A stretch of 64,000 nucleotides of DNA from Finegoldia sp. (GCA_029983915.1 JASBYN010000005.1:21032-85031); one strand, 5' to 3'. Positions 31,065 through 41,989 are shown, numbered from the stretch's first letter. A program made the numbers and translations. Notes: generated from the letters alone by a model not told the origin.

Positions 31065-31667
31065 TTATTTAGTCGATAATTTTTTTAATGAAGTTGTCAG
31101 TAGAGCAATTGCAGCTTCAATTAATATATACACTATTATATTTGTAGTTAGTAAAACATTCCTTATAGGTCCTGATTTTATCGAAAAAATTGTAAATACT
31201 ACAAACCCCACGACAAATATCGCAATCAAAACATTAGAAAAAGTTTTGTCTTCACTGTATCTCTTTTCTTTTCTATATATAATAAAAGGAGTGGCTATAA
31301 CTGCTGCAAAAATCGTCAAATACATTAGAACAGATGAAATTTGTATTTCTTTAAATTCCAAATTCAAAAACGACTTTATCATATTAGTCAAAAATCCACA
31401 AAAACAAATCAACAAAAAATAATACATAAATTCAAACAATTTGTTTTTGAGTTCAACTTTTCCAAAATCTTCTATGAAATTATTCGTCTTTCTCAACTCA
31501 GTTTTGTAAAGTTCTTCTGTAGGTATTGCTCCTTTTTCTTGTAAAGCCATCAAGTCGATATCCAAAAATTTTTCTACATCGTGAAGTAGCTTAAAATACA
31601 AGTTTCTCGTCTTGACATTTATCATTATTCTGTTTTTTATATCTAAAAAATCCTCATCTAAGTTCAT
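31065..31667 (-). CDS. Hypothetical membrane protein (4 C-terminal TM segments)
   Basis: GGAGGTG SD before ATG 31667; soluble N-terminal half, hydrophobic C-terminal half. Confidence 0.6.
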   Translation of the reverse strand: MNLDEDFLDIKNRIMINVKTRNLYFKLLHDVEKFLDIDLMALQEKGAIPTEELYKTELRKTNNFIEDFGKVELKNKLFEFMYYFLLICFCGFLTNMIKSFLNLEFKEIQISSVLMYLTIFAAVIATPFIIYRKEKRYSEDKTFSNVLIAIFVVGFVVFTIFSIKSGPIRNVLLTTNIIVYILIEAAIALLTTSLKKLSTK

Positions 31668-31730
31668 AGATTTCACCTCCTATATATAATACCATAAAGA
31701 ATAATATTTTATTCAGTCGCTATCCAAAAA

Positions 31731-31862
31731 ATATTCACAGTAATTTTATACTCAATTGTTGGTAATTTTATGTGGATAAGTGTGGATAATGTGGATAACT
31801 TTGTGGATATGTTGAAAATTCACTATAATTTTTTTAGTTTGTACTTTATTTTTTGTGGAAAA
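31731..31862. promoter_or_regulatory. Cluster of DnaA boxes
   Basis: TGTGGATAA (reverse complement TTATCCACA) at 31771, 31781 and 31790; TGTGGATAT at 31802; TGTGGAAAA at 31854; ATATTCACA at 31731. Confidence 0.8.
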
Positions 31863-32051
31863 TATTGGCATAACTTTTAAAAATAATTTTTCCCATAAAT
31901 TTAATTTACACTAAGTTAATAAATATAATTTGGCTCATAAAATATTTACATTAAAATTCACCCCATTATCAATCTTTGCATTTAAACTACAGCATATACG
32001 ACTTATCTTATATGTTATAATTATTTTAATAAATGATATAAGGAGAAATGT

Positions 32052-33950
32052 ATGAAATATTTTAACTATGACTCGTTTAAGGATTTTACATTCATTTCGC
32101 AGTTAAAATCACTAAAACATTCAGATAATATATTTTGCGTTACTACAAAAGCAAATTTAGAAGATAATAAATACGATTCTAATATATTCAAAATTGGCAA
32201 AAATTCAAGAAAGTTCACGAGTTCTGACAAGGACACTTCATTTTTCGAACTAGAAGACAAAGACTTGTTGATAACTAGAAATTTTGAAAAAGATTCAGAA
32301 AATAAAGAGAAGACTTCTTTTTATAGACTTCCTATAGATGGTGGAGAAGCCCAATTTGAATTTGAAGTAGGATTGAATTCGTGTAAAATTTTATTCGAGT
32401 TGGAAGATTCTTTCATCATGTCGTACGAATTTAATAGACACGATGAAATTTACAAAATAACAGAAGAAAAAAAGAACAAAGATGTCGAAGTATTCACAGA
32501 ACTTCCTTTTTTCGCAAATGAAGAAGGTTTTTGCGATAAAAAAAGAACAAGACTTGTGAGGTATTTCCCTGCAATTAATAAGTACGATATATTGACTGAT
32601 GAATTTTCCAATATATTCTATGTGGATATGTCTACCGATAAATCTAAATTGTTATTCGTGAAAAATTCATACGAAAATGTAATGGGACTTTACGATGAAT
32701 TGGTAGAATACGATTTGAAAAGTGGAAATTCAAATGTGATTTTAAAAAATTACATGATTTCTTCTGCGAAGTATTTCAATGACGAGATAATCATTTTAGC
32801 TACAGATTCCAAACTTCATGGGTTGAATCAAGATAGCGATTTATTCGTAGTGAGAGACGGAAAAGCTATCAAATTAAATAGCGAAAACTACTGTTTTTTC
32901 AATTCTATAGGAACTGATTTGAAATATTCATCTGGAAGTCAAATCGAAAAGACTGATGATTATATGTATTTTGTAGTTTTAAATGGATATGGAAGTTCTA
33001 TTTTGAGAATGGATAGATCTTATAATTTTGATAAAATTCTGGATACAAACTATTCTATCAATATGATTTCTGCAAAAAACGACGATTTATATTATGTGAT
33101 GATCACAGATGATTGCGGACAAGAAGTGTATAAATTAAACTCTGGAAAAATGACAGATTTCAATTCACATGATTTTTGCATTTCGAAAAAAGATAAATTC
33201 AATTATACAAATGATGGAAATGAATTGACAGGATGGGTTATCTATCCAAAAGATTACGATCCAAATAAAAAATATCCTGGAATTTTATCGGTACATGGTG
33301 GTCCTAAAACAGTATACGGCGATGTACTTTTCCATGAAAATGAATTGTTCTCTAGTTTAGGATATTTTGTATTCTACACTAATCCTCGTGGAAGTGATGG
33401 ATACGGAAATGAATTTATGGATATCCGTGGAAAATATGGAGATGTGGATTATTCGGATTTGATGAAATTCACAGACATTGTCATGGAAAAATATCCTATA
33501 GAAAAATTGGGATATACTGGTGGATCTTACGGAGGCTTCATGGCAAATTGGATGATGACTCACACAGATAGATTTGATTGTATAGTAAGTCAAAGATCAA
33601 TATCTAATTGGATTTCTTTTAGTTTGATTTCTGATATTGGATATTATTTTGGAACCGACCAAAATCATACTGACACAGTATTTGATTACGATAAATTATG
33701 GGAAAAATCTCCATTGAAATACGCAAATAATGCGCACACACCTTGTTTGTTCATTCATTCTACAGAAGACTATAGATGCCCTATTTCTGAAGGAATTCAA
33801 ATGTTCCAAGCATTGAAATTGAACAACACAGAAAGCAGATTTGTGATGTTTAGAGGAGAAAATCACGAGTTATCTCGCTCTGGTAAACCAAAAAACAGAG
33901 TAAGACGATTGAAGGAAATTTGCGACTGGTTTGAAATTCATTTGAGGTAA
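32052..33950 (+). CDS. S9-family (acylaminoacyl/prolyl oligo) peptidase
   Basis: HGGP, NPRGS.GYG, GGSYGG nucleophile elbow, HSTEDYRC, ENHELSRSG. Confidence 0.9.
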   Translation: MKYFNYDSFKDFTFISQLKSLKHSDNIFCVTTKANLEDNKYDSNIFKIGKNSRKFTSSDKDTSFFELEDKDLLITRNFEKDSENKEKTSFYRLPIDGGEAQFEFEVGLNSCKILFELEDSFIMSYEFNRHDEIYKITEEKKNKDVEVFTELPFFANEEGFCDKKRTRLVRYFPAINKYDILTDEFSNIFYVDMSTDKSKLLFVKNSYENVMGLYDELVEYDLKSGNSNVILKNYMISSAKYFNDEIIILATDSKLHGLNQDSDLFVVRDGKAIKLNSENYCFFNSIGTDLKYSSGSQIEKTDDYMYFVVLNGYGSSILRMDRSYNFDKILDTNYSINMISAKNDDLYYVMITDDCGQEVYKLNSGKMTDFNSHDFCISKKDKFNYTNDGNELTGWVIYPKDYDPNKKYPGILSVHGGPKTVYGDVLFHENELFSSLGYFVFYTNPRGSDGYGNEFMDIRGKYGDVDYSDLMKFTDIVMEKYPIEKLGYTGGSYGGFMANWMMTHTDRFDCIVSQRSISNWISFSLISDIGYYFGTDQNHTDTVFDYDKLWEKSPLKYANNAHTPCLFIHSTEDYRCPISEGIQMFQALKLNNTESRFVMFRGENHELSRSGKPKNRVRRLKEICDWFEIHLR

Positions 33951-33952
33951 AT

Positions 33953-34807
33953 ATGGGAGAAAAGAAAAAAATCAACAAAAGTATATTTTTTAAAAAATTG
34001 ATGCAATCCATTAAGGACGATCAAATTCCACTGTTGAGCGCACAGACGACATACCATTTTATCATGTCATTAGTTCCTTTTTTGATAGTGCTTTTGAATA
34101 TCGTACTGATGATAGCTGCTACAAAAGTCAATTTGATTTTTGATTCCATGAAAGTACTTCCAAAAGAAACTCGTGACATCTTGATGACTTTGATCAACAA
34201 CATAATCAACAACAGGTCGACTTCTGTATTGTCTGTATCGCTTTTAGTAGCTTTGTGGACTTCGTCAAACGCATTGAAATCACTTATAAAAGCCATGAAT
34301 AAAGCATTCGATGTGCGAATGACCAATGGATTTCTAAAAACTCAATTAAAAAGCATTTTGTTTACTATAGTTTTGCTTATATTGCTTTTATTGACTTTAG
34401 TTTTTATCGCATTTGGTGGAATTATATTGGATCTTATCGAATACTACACTGGAATTAGCATTCCGATAATAGCTAGATTTTTCAGGTATATAATACCTAT
34501 TTCTGCAATGGTTGGAGGTTTTACATTGTTGTATAAATTTGCTCCCGATTTTGGTCCAACTCGCAGTATCAAATGGAAATCAGCATTTCTAGGTGGAGTA
34601 ATAGCAACTATTGGATGGTCTTTGATTACGGTAATATACTCTTTTTACGTATCGAATATTTCGAATATGTCGATAACTTACGGTCCATTAGTCGGAGTAT
34701 TTGCACTTTTTATCTGGATAAATCTATCTTCTATGATTATTCTAGTGGCAGCTGAAATCACCGCAAATTACGACCAAGTCAAAAGAGGCGTTATATATTC
34801 AACATAA
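33953..34807 (+). CDS. YihY/virulence factor BrkB-family membrane protein
   Basis: SAQ..Y..IMSL.PF, LW.SS, A.N.A.D, LYK.AP, YG...G...L..W...S..I.L..AE motifs. Confidence 0.85.
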   Translation: MGEKKKINKSIFFKKLMQSIKDDQIPLLSAQTTYHFIMSLVPFLIVLLNIVLMIAATKVNLIFDSMKVLPKETRDILMTLINNIINNRSTSVLSVSLLVALWTSSNALKSLIKAMNKAFDVRMTNGFLKTQLKSILFTIVLLILLLLTLVFIAFGGIILDLIEYYTGISIPIIARFFRYIIPISAMVGGFTLLYKFAPDFGPTRSIKWKSAFLGGVIATIGWSLITVIYSFYVSNISNMSITYGPLVGVFALFIWINLSSMIILVAAEITANYDQVKRGVIYST

Positions 34808-34861
34808 AAATAAAAGGCAATGTAATCTGCTTAAATTATTTTAAGAGATCATTGCCTTTTT

Positions 34862-35944
34862 TTATATCAAAATAAATGCAAGATATAATCTTATGAAATC
34901 TTCTATATTTCTAGGATCTAACCCTGTTATATCCCTCAGCTTATTCAATCTGTATTGTACCGTATTTTTGTGTACAAATAATTCATCTGCACATTTCGAT
35001 ATACTTTGATTATTGGCAGCGTATATTTTTATCAAATCTTTGTAGATATTGTAGTCTTCTTCTGAAATATCTTTCAACACTACCCTTTTGAATTTCCTTA
35101 TCCTGTCTTTTTTTATACTACCTAAAAGTATTCCAAGATCCAATGTAGAATAATCCAATATGGAATCTTTCTTTTCCAAATTGTCAGCCCATTCTAGAGC
35201 TATCAGACAATTATCGTAATTTTGTCTAAATTGGTTCATGTGTTTGAATGAGCCACTAATTCCAAATGAAACCCTGCTATCTATCATTTCATTTATTTGC
35301 TTTTTAATATTCTCGAGTTTTCTTATAATGATATTTTTATTCACATCATTAGCTAAAATCACAATTTCAGAATAAAAAACCGTGTACAAAAAATTATTAG
35401 ATAAGTTGTTTTCCAAAATTTTGTAAATAACATCTGAATCTTTCAACAAAAATCTGTTTTCAGAATTTTTACCCACAATGACAAATTTTGGAGTTTCGCT
35501 TTCCAAATATCTGTACGATCCATACTCTTCTAGATTATTTATCAAACTTTCCAACAAATACTTGTCCATGTCTCTTTTTTTCAATTTATTTTTTTCTACG
35601 AGCTGTTCTTTGACAAGTATTTCCGTCATTTTCTTTATAATATTTCCGTATTTGTCGACCTCATCTTTATCACCTGTAATTCCGATTACACCTATGATTT
35701 CATCGTCAATCGTTACAGGCACATTTATTCCATTTCTAGCGCCTATGTATTCATCGTCGCTTTTGACTACTATCGACTTTTTTTGTCTTACACATTCAAA
35801 AGCAGCCTCGTGATAACTTCCAATTCGATTAAAATCTGTGGAATATATTATATATCCATCTTTATCGAAAAAATTCAAATCGTAATCGATTACGCCCTTC
35901 AATGTTTCAACTATCATCTTTGCAGTTCTTGTAGATATTCTCAT
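34862..35944 (-). CDS. CdaR-family transcriptional regulator
   Basis: N-terminal sugar-diacid recognition region (RIGSYHEAA, GINVP, GVIGITG); C-terminal LFVHKNTVQYRL HTH; divergent from glycerate kinase. Confidence 0.9.
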   Translation of the reverse strand: MRISTRTAKMIVETLKGVIDYDLNFFDKDGYIIYSTDFNRIGSYHEAAFECVRQKKSIVVKSDDEYIGARNGINVPVTIDDEIIGVIGITGDKDEVDKYGNIIKKMTEILVKEQLVEKNKLKKRDMDKYLLESLINNLEEYGSYRYLESETPKFVIVGKNSENRFLLKDSDVIYKILENNLSNNFLYTVFYSEIVILANDVNKNIIIRKLENIKKQINEMIDSRVSFGISGSFKHMNQFRQNYDNCLIALEWADNLEKKDSILDYSTLDLGILLGSIKKDRIRKFKRVVLKDISEEDYNIYKDLIKIYAANNQSISKCADELFVHKNTVQYRLNKLRDITGLDPRNIEDFIRLYLAFILI

Positions 35945-36048
35945 TTGTTCTCCATAATAATAAAACTTTTTATTCCCCTAACATTATTATTACATAAAAC
36001 ATACAACTGTGCAATCGTTTGTTATAGAATTAATTTAAGGGGGTAATT

Positions 36049-37179
36049 ATGAACGTATTGATATTGATGGATTCTTTCAAAGGAAGTTTGAGTTCATTAG
36101 ATGCAGGTCTAATCATTAAATCTGTTGTAGAAAAAAATCCTTCAGATACAGCAACGGTTCTTCCCGTTGCAGACGGTGGAGAAGGAACTATAAATTCATT
36201 AAAAGATATAGAAAATGCTAAAATAGTTGAGGTTGATGTACATAATCCTTTAATGAAACATCATACAGCTAAGTATTTAATAGTAGATGACAAATTTGCA
36301 ATAATGGAAATGAGCGAATCGAGCGGACTTACTTTGATAAAAGACAATTTGGATCCAATGCATGCCACTACTTTTGGAGTCGGAGACATGATAAAAGATG
36401 CTCTAGATAAAAACATCAGAGAATTTATCATAGGAATCGGTGGCTCTGCTACAAATGATGGTGGAATGGGAATGTTAAAAAATTTAGGGGTAAAATTTCT
36501 AGACAAAAATGCAGAGGAAATTCCCGATGGTCCTATAGGAATTGAAAATCTGGACGAAATAGATTTATCTAACATGGATAAAAGACTTTTGGAATGCAAA
36601 TTCCAAATAGCTTGTGATGTGGACAATCCATTGTGTGGAAAAAACGGTTCCTCATATGTGTACGGGCCACAAAAAGGTGCTAGCAAAGAACAAGTCGAAA
36701 AATTAGATTTACTTTTAGCGAAATATCATGAAAAGACAAAAGAAGTCATTTTGAATGCATCAGACTCTACTCCAGGAGTTGGAGCTGCAGGAGGATTGGG
36801 ATATGCATTCAAAAACTATTTGAACGCAGATTTGAAACCTGGAATTGAAATAATTTTAGATATGTTAAACGCAGAAAAATTAATAGAAAATTCCGATTTG
36901 ATTATAACAGGCGAAGGCAAAATGGATTTTCAAACGTCAATGGGAAAAACACCTGTTGGAATTGCAAAATTAGCAAAAAAACACGACAAAAAAGTCATAG
37001 CTTTTTGTGGGGTTTGCGACAACAACGCTACTAATGTCAATGTGAAAGGCATCGATGCTTTTTTCCCTATATTGAACGATTGCATATCATACGATATGGC
37101 TATGGAACAAAAAACATCTGAAGAAAATTTGTACAGATGTGCTGATCAAGTTTTTAGATTAATTAATTTATGGAGGTAG
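36049..37179 (+). CDS. glxK: Glycerate kinase (GlxK/GarK family)
   Basis: DSFKGSL, ADGGEGT, GIGGSATNDGG, CDVDNPL, YGPQKGA, GAAGGLG, ITGEG, GKTP. Confidence 0.92.
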   Translation: MNVLILMDSFKGSLSSLDAGLIIKSVVEKNPSDTATVLPVADGGEGTINSLKDIENAKIVEVDVHNPLMKHHTAKYLIVDDKFAIMEMSESSGLTLIKDNLDPMHATTFGVGDMIKDALDKNIREFIIGIGGSATNDGGMGMLKNLGVKFLDKNAEEIPDGPIGIENLDEIDLSNMDKRLLECKFQIACDVDNPLCGKNGSSYVYGPQKGASKEQVEKLDLLLAKYHEKTKEVILNASDSTPGVGAAGGLGYAFKNYLNADLKPGIEIILDMLNAEKLIENSDLIITGEGKMDFQTSMGKTPVGIAKLAKKHDKKVIAFCGVCDNNATNVNVKGIDAFFPILNDCISYDMAMEQKTSEENLYRCADQVFRLINLWR

Positions 37180-37180
37180 T

Positions 37181-38446
37181 ATGAACGAAGTAACTTTTTC
37201 AACAATTGGAGCTTTGATAGGTTTGGCAATATCTATCATTTTGATAATTAAAAATTTTCACGCAACTTATTCGCTTATAATCGGTGCATTAATTGGAGGT
37301 CTTATAGGTGGAGGTGGACTTGTAGGAACAGTTTCTACTATGGTAAAAGGTTCAGAAACTATGATGAGTTCAGTTCTTAGAATTATGACAAGCGGTATAT
37401 TGGCAGGGTGTCTTGTAAAAACAGGTGCAGCTGAAAAAATTGCCGATACCATAATAAAAAAATTGGGCGAGAAAAAAGCAATTGCTGCAATCGCCGTATC
37501 GACTATGATAATATGTGCAGTCGGAGTATTCATAGACATATCAGTAATAACTTGTGCTCCTATTGCATTGGCTGTTGGAAAAAAATCAAATTTATCAAAA
37601 TCTAGCGTTTTATTAGCTATGATAGGTGGAGGAAAAGCCGGCAATGTAATCAGCCCTAACCCAAACACTATAGCTACTGCAGAAGCATTCAAATTGAACC
37701 TCACTTCTTTGATGTATGTCAATATAATTCCTGCAATTTGCGCTTTGATAATAACTATAATATTGGCTATGTATATTTCAAAAAAGAAATCAGACATTGT
37801 AACTTCTCAGGATTTAGAATCTCTAGGCAAGAATAATCTTCCTGGTTTCTTCGCTTCTATAATTGGACCTCTTACTGTAATAATTTTGTTGGCACTAAGA
37901 CCAATAGCAAAAATAAATGTCGATCCGTTGATAGCATTGCCTGTAGGTGGATTTGTATGTTTGATAGCTACAAAAGAAACTAAAAACACAAAAGAATACG
38001 TAAGCTACGGTTTTTCAAAAATCATAGGCGTATGTGCTTTATTAATCGGTACTGGAACAATTGCAGGAATAATCAAAAACTCTGCACTTCAAACAGACAT
38101 GATTAATTTGATAACTGCATTAAACCTTCCAGCATTTGTATTGGCACCTGTAGCAGGTATATTGATGGGTGCTGCTACTGCAAGTACAACTGCAGGTAGT
38201 ACAATTGCATCTCAAACTTTCGCAAAATCTCTTATAGATGCAAACGTGACTGCATTGAATGCCGGTGCAATGATACATTCCGGTGCTACAGTAGTAGATT
38301 CATTGCCACACGGATCATTCTTCCATGCAACTGGTGGTTCTGTGAAAATGGGAATCTCAGATAGATTGAAAATTATTCCTTACGAAGCAGCAGTGGGACT
38401 TACAACTACAATAGTATCTGTAATAGTGTATTTAGTATCACATTAA
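37181..38446 (+). CDS. GntP-family permease (putative glycerate/sugar-acid transporter)
   Basis: Highly hydrophobic; VFID, GGGKAGNVISPNPNT, D.LPHGSFFHAT motifs. Confidence 0.8.
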   Translation: MNEVTFSTIGALIGLAISIILIIKNFHATYSLIIGALIGGLIGGGGLVGTVSTMVKGSETMMSSVLRIMTSGILAGCLVKTGAAEKIADTIIKKLGEKKAIAAIAVSTMIICAVGVFIDISVITCAPIALAVGKKSNLSKSSVLLAMIGGGKAGNVISPNPNTIATAEAFKLNLTSLMYVNIIPAICALIITIILAMYISKKKSDIVTSQDLESLGKNNLPGFFASIIGPLTVIILLALRPIAKINVDPLIALPVGGFVCLIATKETKNTKEYVSYGFSKIIGVCALLIGTGTIAGIIKNSALQTDMINLITALNLPAFVLAPVAGILMGAATASTTAGSTIASQTFAKSLIDANVTALNAGAMIHSGATVVDSLPHGSFFHATGGSVKMGISDRLKIIPYEAAVGLTTTIVSVIVYLVSH

Positions 38447-38681
38447 AATACTATTTTCTTAGGTTTTTTAATAGTTTTTTGTATCAACCTAAATCCTTAT
38501 TAGAGGATGAGGGTTGATACTTTTTTATGTATAAAATCTCTTCTATTTTTTTCTCATTAGATGTAAATATCATCTATTCCACTTATTTTCTATACAATAA
38601 AATACCCTCCTCAGGTTTAAATAAGGAGGGTATCAATATAAGTGAAACGTCTAATGATTTTAATTATCGCCAAATATAATT

Positions 38682-40241
38682 TTAATTGTCGCTCATTGCA
38701 AATCCGTTTTTCATTTCGCAACTTGCAGTATATAAAACTTTGTCAAGCAAATCGTCTGTCTTTTCTTTTAAGAAATCAGACATTTCTTGGTTAGCTTTTT
38801 CTAACAATTCTTTTGCATCCTTGTCACCTTTTGCAAATTCTTCATCGTATTTGTTGATGATCCAGTGACCTTTTCCTTGAACAGCTGCTCTGTATCTTTC
38901 TACAAATGCAGATGTCTTGTTGTAATTTCTATCGCAAAGTGCTGCGATCATTCTGTTTGCCCAATAGAAATTATCTGTAGTTGGTTTTGTAGCATCATTT
39001 GCAACGTAATCTGGAGTTGTATTTACATTTGCAAAGAATGGAACTACAGCATTAAATGCATTGCTTCCAAATGATAACCATTGAATAGCACAGATATCTT
39101 CTGGTACATATGGTCTAATTTGTGTGAAGTGAGTTACATTGTCACGGTTAATACCAATTGGTCTATACATTGCTTTGTAATTTGGATCTCCATGTCTTGT
39201 GTAGCATCCGTAAGATGTTCCTTCATAATTGCTAGAAAGAATTGTCTTCATATCTTGAATTGTGATTTTTCTTTCTGGAACCATTGCCCATGGCAAATCG
39301 TCTGATTGTGGAGTGTAATCAGCTTCTGGTCCTTCCCATACCATATCTCTTGGATTGAAAAATCTCAACATATACCAAGCTCTTGGTGTATTGTAAGAAT
39401 GATCTGAATTGTCATGTGACCCATAAGCCAATCTAGGATTGATAATCAAATGTTCTTCAAAATCATCTTCTTCATCTTCTTCTACAAATTCTTCAAAATC
39501 TTCAAAGTCTTCAAAATCATCAAATTCATCAAAATCATCGTATTCTTGATCTAAGAATAAATGATGTTTTTCTGACCATTCTTTCAAATCTTCTGAGCAC
39601 ATGAACTCATTTTGTTCGCCATAGGCATCTACAAAGTCAAAATAATCTATTCCTAATTGGTTAGGCATTACGACATATGAATCATCAGGTACTCTTCTAG
39701 CCATCCAATGATGACCACCTATTGTTTCCAACCACCAAATTTCATTTACATCTTGGAATGCGATTCCGTTTGATTCGTAAGTTCCGTGTTCTTCAAGTAA
39801 TTTTCCTAATCTTTCAACGCCTTCTCTAGCTGAATTGATGTAAGGTAATACAACTGTAACAAAATCTTCTTCTCCTAAACCGCCAAATTTTTCATCTTTT
39901 GTTGGTGCTTGAAGAAGTGGATCAGCTCCTTGAACTAATGCATTTGTAGTGATAGTTTCTGTGGCACTCATAGAAACATTTTTTTCGTTCACTCCTGATG
40001 CTGCCCAATCTCCTTCTGATTTATCTGAATTAGGTAATGCAGTGTATCTCATAGGATTATCTGGTAAATCAAATTTGCATCCAGATAATACCGCTTCATA
40101 TGTTCTTGGTTGATCTTCTGGTTTTACAACTATAAATCTCTTTGCGTTGAATATTCCTGATGGAGAGTCTTCACTTCTAGATATAATTGTAGAACCATCG
40201 TAACTAGCCTTTTTACCAACTAATAATGTAGTACATGCCAT
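38682..40241 (-). CDS. C69-family dipeptidase (PepD/PepDA-like, Ntn hydrolase)
   Basis: MACTT N-terminal Cys, SATET, SAREGV, GGHHW.A, YN.PR.W, RPIG. Confidence 0.9.
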   Translation of the reverse strand: MACTTLLVGKKASYDGSTIISRSEDSPSGIFNAKRFIVVKPEDQPRTYEAVLSGCKFDLPDNPMRYTALPNSDKSEGDWAASGVNEKNVSMSATETITTNALVQGADPLLQAPTKDEKFGGLGEEDFVTVVLPYINSAREGVERLGKLLEEHGTYESNGIAFQDVNEIWWLETIGGHHWMARRVPDDSYVVMPNQLGIDYFDFVDAYGEQNEFMCSEDLKEWSEKHHLFLDQEYDDFDEFDDFEDFEDFEEFVEEDEEDDFEEHLIINPRLAYGSHDNSDHSYNTPRAWYMLRFFNPRDMVWEGPEADYTPQSDDLPWAMVPERKITIQDMKTILSSNYEGTSYGCYTRHGDPNYKAMYRPIGINRDNVTHFTQIRPYVPEDICAIQWLSFGSNAFNAVVPFFANVNTTPDYVANDATKPTTDNFYWANRMIAALCDRNYNKTSAFVERYRAAVQGKGHWIINKYDEEFAKGDKDAKELLEKANQEMSDFLKEKTDDLLDKVLYTASCEMKNGFAMSDN

Positions 40242-40705
40242 AATTTATTCCTCCTTAAATTCATGGATATAATATCCATTATCATCACACAATTCTTATA
40301 CCCTTTTTGACTATTTATTACGCACTTTTAAGTGCAAATTATAAAATATTTTTTATTTACAAATTTAATTTGCAATTAAAAATTTTACTATGAATTCCCA
40401 GTAAATTTTATCCAACAATCAATTAAAATCTATCATAATTAATCGCTTTAATGTTGAATTTTTCTCTAATATACACTAATATTAGATTAGTCTGAAAATT
40501 TACATAAAAATATTTACAATTTAATTTTCAAACCACGGTAGAATTTTAAATAAAAACGATTTTAAATCTTCATAAAATTTATCACAATCAATTGCATACT
40601 GATGATTATTCTGATTTGTAAAATCTTTATTTTAAAATTGTGCCTTCGTTAATAAAATGTTAAAATAAGTATGGATAAAACCTTTCAAAATTTAGGAGGA
40701 GTATT

Positions 40706-41989
40706 ATGAATGATGAATTATATACAAGCTATATAAAAATACTAGAAACGGAGTTGAAACCTGCAATGGGTTGTACAGAACCTATCGCAATTGCCCTTGC
40801 TGCAGCAAAGTGCAGAGAAGTTTTGGGCAAAATGCCTACAAAAATTACAGCCATATGTAGTGGAAATATAATCAAAAATGTAAAAGCCGTTTTAGTTCCA
40901 AATTCTAATGGACAAAAAGGTGTAGAAGTCGCAGCAGTTCTCGGTGCAGTTGCTGGAGATAGCTCTTTGGAACTTCAAGTAATAAGCAAAGCAACTGATG
41001 AAGATGCTGAAACTACTAGAAAATTAGTCAATGAAGGAATCTGCACAGTCAAATTAAAAGAAGGTGTAGATAATTTATACATTAGAATAGAGGAATTTGC
41101 AGGAGATGAAAGTGCCGTAGTTGAGATAATCACAAAGCACGACAATATCACTTACATCGAAAAAAACGGTGAAATCCTCCATCAAGAAAACAACATAATA
41201 AAAAAAGAAACTTGTACAAAAAATTTGTTGAATTTGAAAGATATTTATGAATTTGCAAATACAGTAAAAATCGAAGATGTAAAAGACCTAATCCAAACAC
41301 AAATTGATTACAACACTGCTATATCAGAAGAAGGATTGAAAAATGATTGGGGTGAATGTGTCGGCAAAACAACTCTTGAAATCGGAGATAGTAGCGTAAG
41401 GACAAAAGCAGTAGCAAAAGCCGCTGCAGGATCTGATGCTAGGATGAATGGCTGTGCACTTCCAGTTGTTATCAATGCAGGAAGCGGAAATCAAGGTATG
41501 ACTTGTACATTGCCAGTATGCGTTTATGCCAAAGATTTAGGCGTAGATAACGAAAAATTGATAAGAGCTTTAGTTCTCACTAATTTAATTGCAATTTATC
41601 AAAAAAAATACATCGGAGATTTATCTGCTTACTGTGGAGCCGTATCTGCAGGAGCTGCTGCAGGATGCGGAATAGCATATCTTCATGACGAAAGTTTTGA
41701 GATAATCGGAGATACTTTGACAAATTCTTTAGCTACAACTAGCGGTATAGTGTGTGATGGTGCAAAATCATCTTGTGCATCTAAAATTGCAGCATCTGTA
41801 AATGGTGCTATCTTGGGATATGAAATGGCAAAAAGAGGTAGACATTTCAGACCTGGAGAAGGATTGGTAGCAAGTGAATACGAAGATACAATCAAAAATG
41901 TCGGATACATCGCAAAAGAAGGCATGAAACAAACAGACATCGAAATTTTGAATATAATGAACAAAAACATAATTAAAAAAGATAAATAA
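40706..41989 (+). CDS. L-cysteine desulfidase / serine dehydratase alpha-like protein (CyuA/YhaM family)
   Basis: PAMGCTEP, AAGSDARMNG, GSGNQG, LSAYCG, G.VCDGAK.SCA.K. Confidence 0.85.
   Translation: MNDELYTSYIKILETELKPAMGCTEPIAIALAAAKCREVLGKMPTKITAICSGNIIKNVKAVLVPNSNGQKGVEVAAVLGAVAGDSSLELQVISKATDEDAETTRKLVNEGICTVKLKEGVDNLYIRIEEFAGDESAVVEIITKHDNITYIEKNGEILHQENNIIKKETCTKNLLNLKDIYEFANTVKIEDVKDLIQTQIDYNTAISEEGLKNDWGECVGKTTLEIGDSSVRTKAVAKAAAGSDARMNGCALPVVINAGSGNQGMTCTLPVCVYAKDLGVDNEKLIRALVLTNLIAIYQKKYIGDLSAYCGAVSAGAAAGCGIAYLHDESFEIIGDTLTNSLATTSGIVCDGAKSSCASKIAASVNGAILGYEMAKRGRHFRPGEGLVASEYEDTIKNVGYIAKEGMKQTDIEILNIMNKNIIKKDK

Noticed and set aside
31771..31810. Tandem TGTGGATAA repeats as a CRISPR array or plasmid iterons
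   Set aside because: 9-bp units with 0-3 nt gaps, no spacers, no cas or rep gene; they match the DnaA-box consensus.
40242..40705. Long AT-rich intergenic region before the cysteine desulfidase as a T-box or SAM riboswitch
   Set aside because: No T-box or S-box consensus and no leader terminator visible; only short AT-rich palindromes expected by chance.
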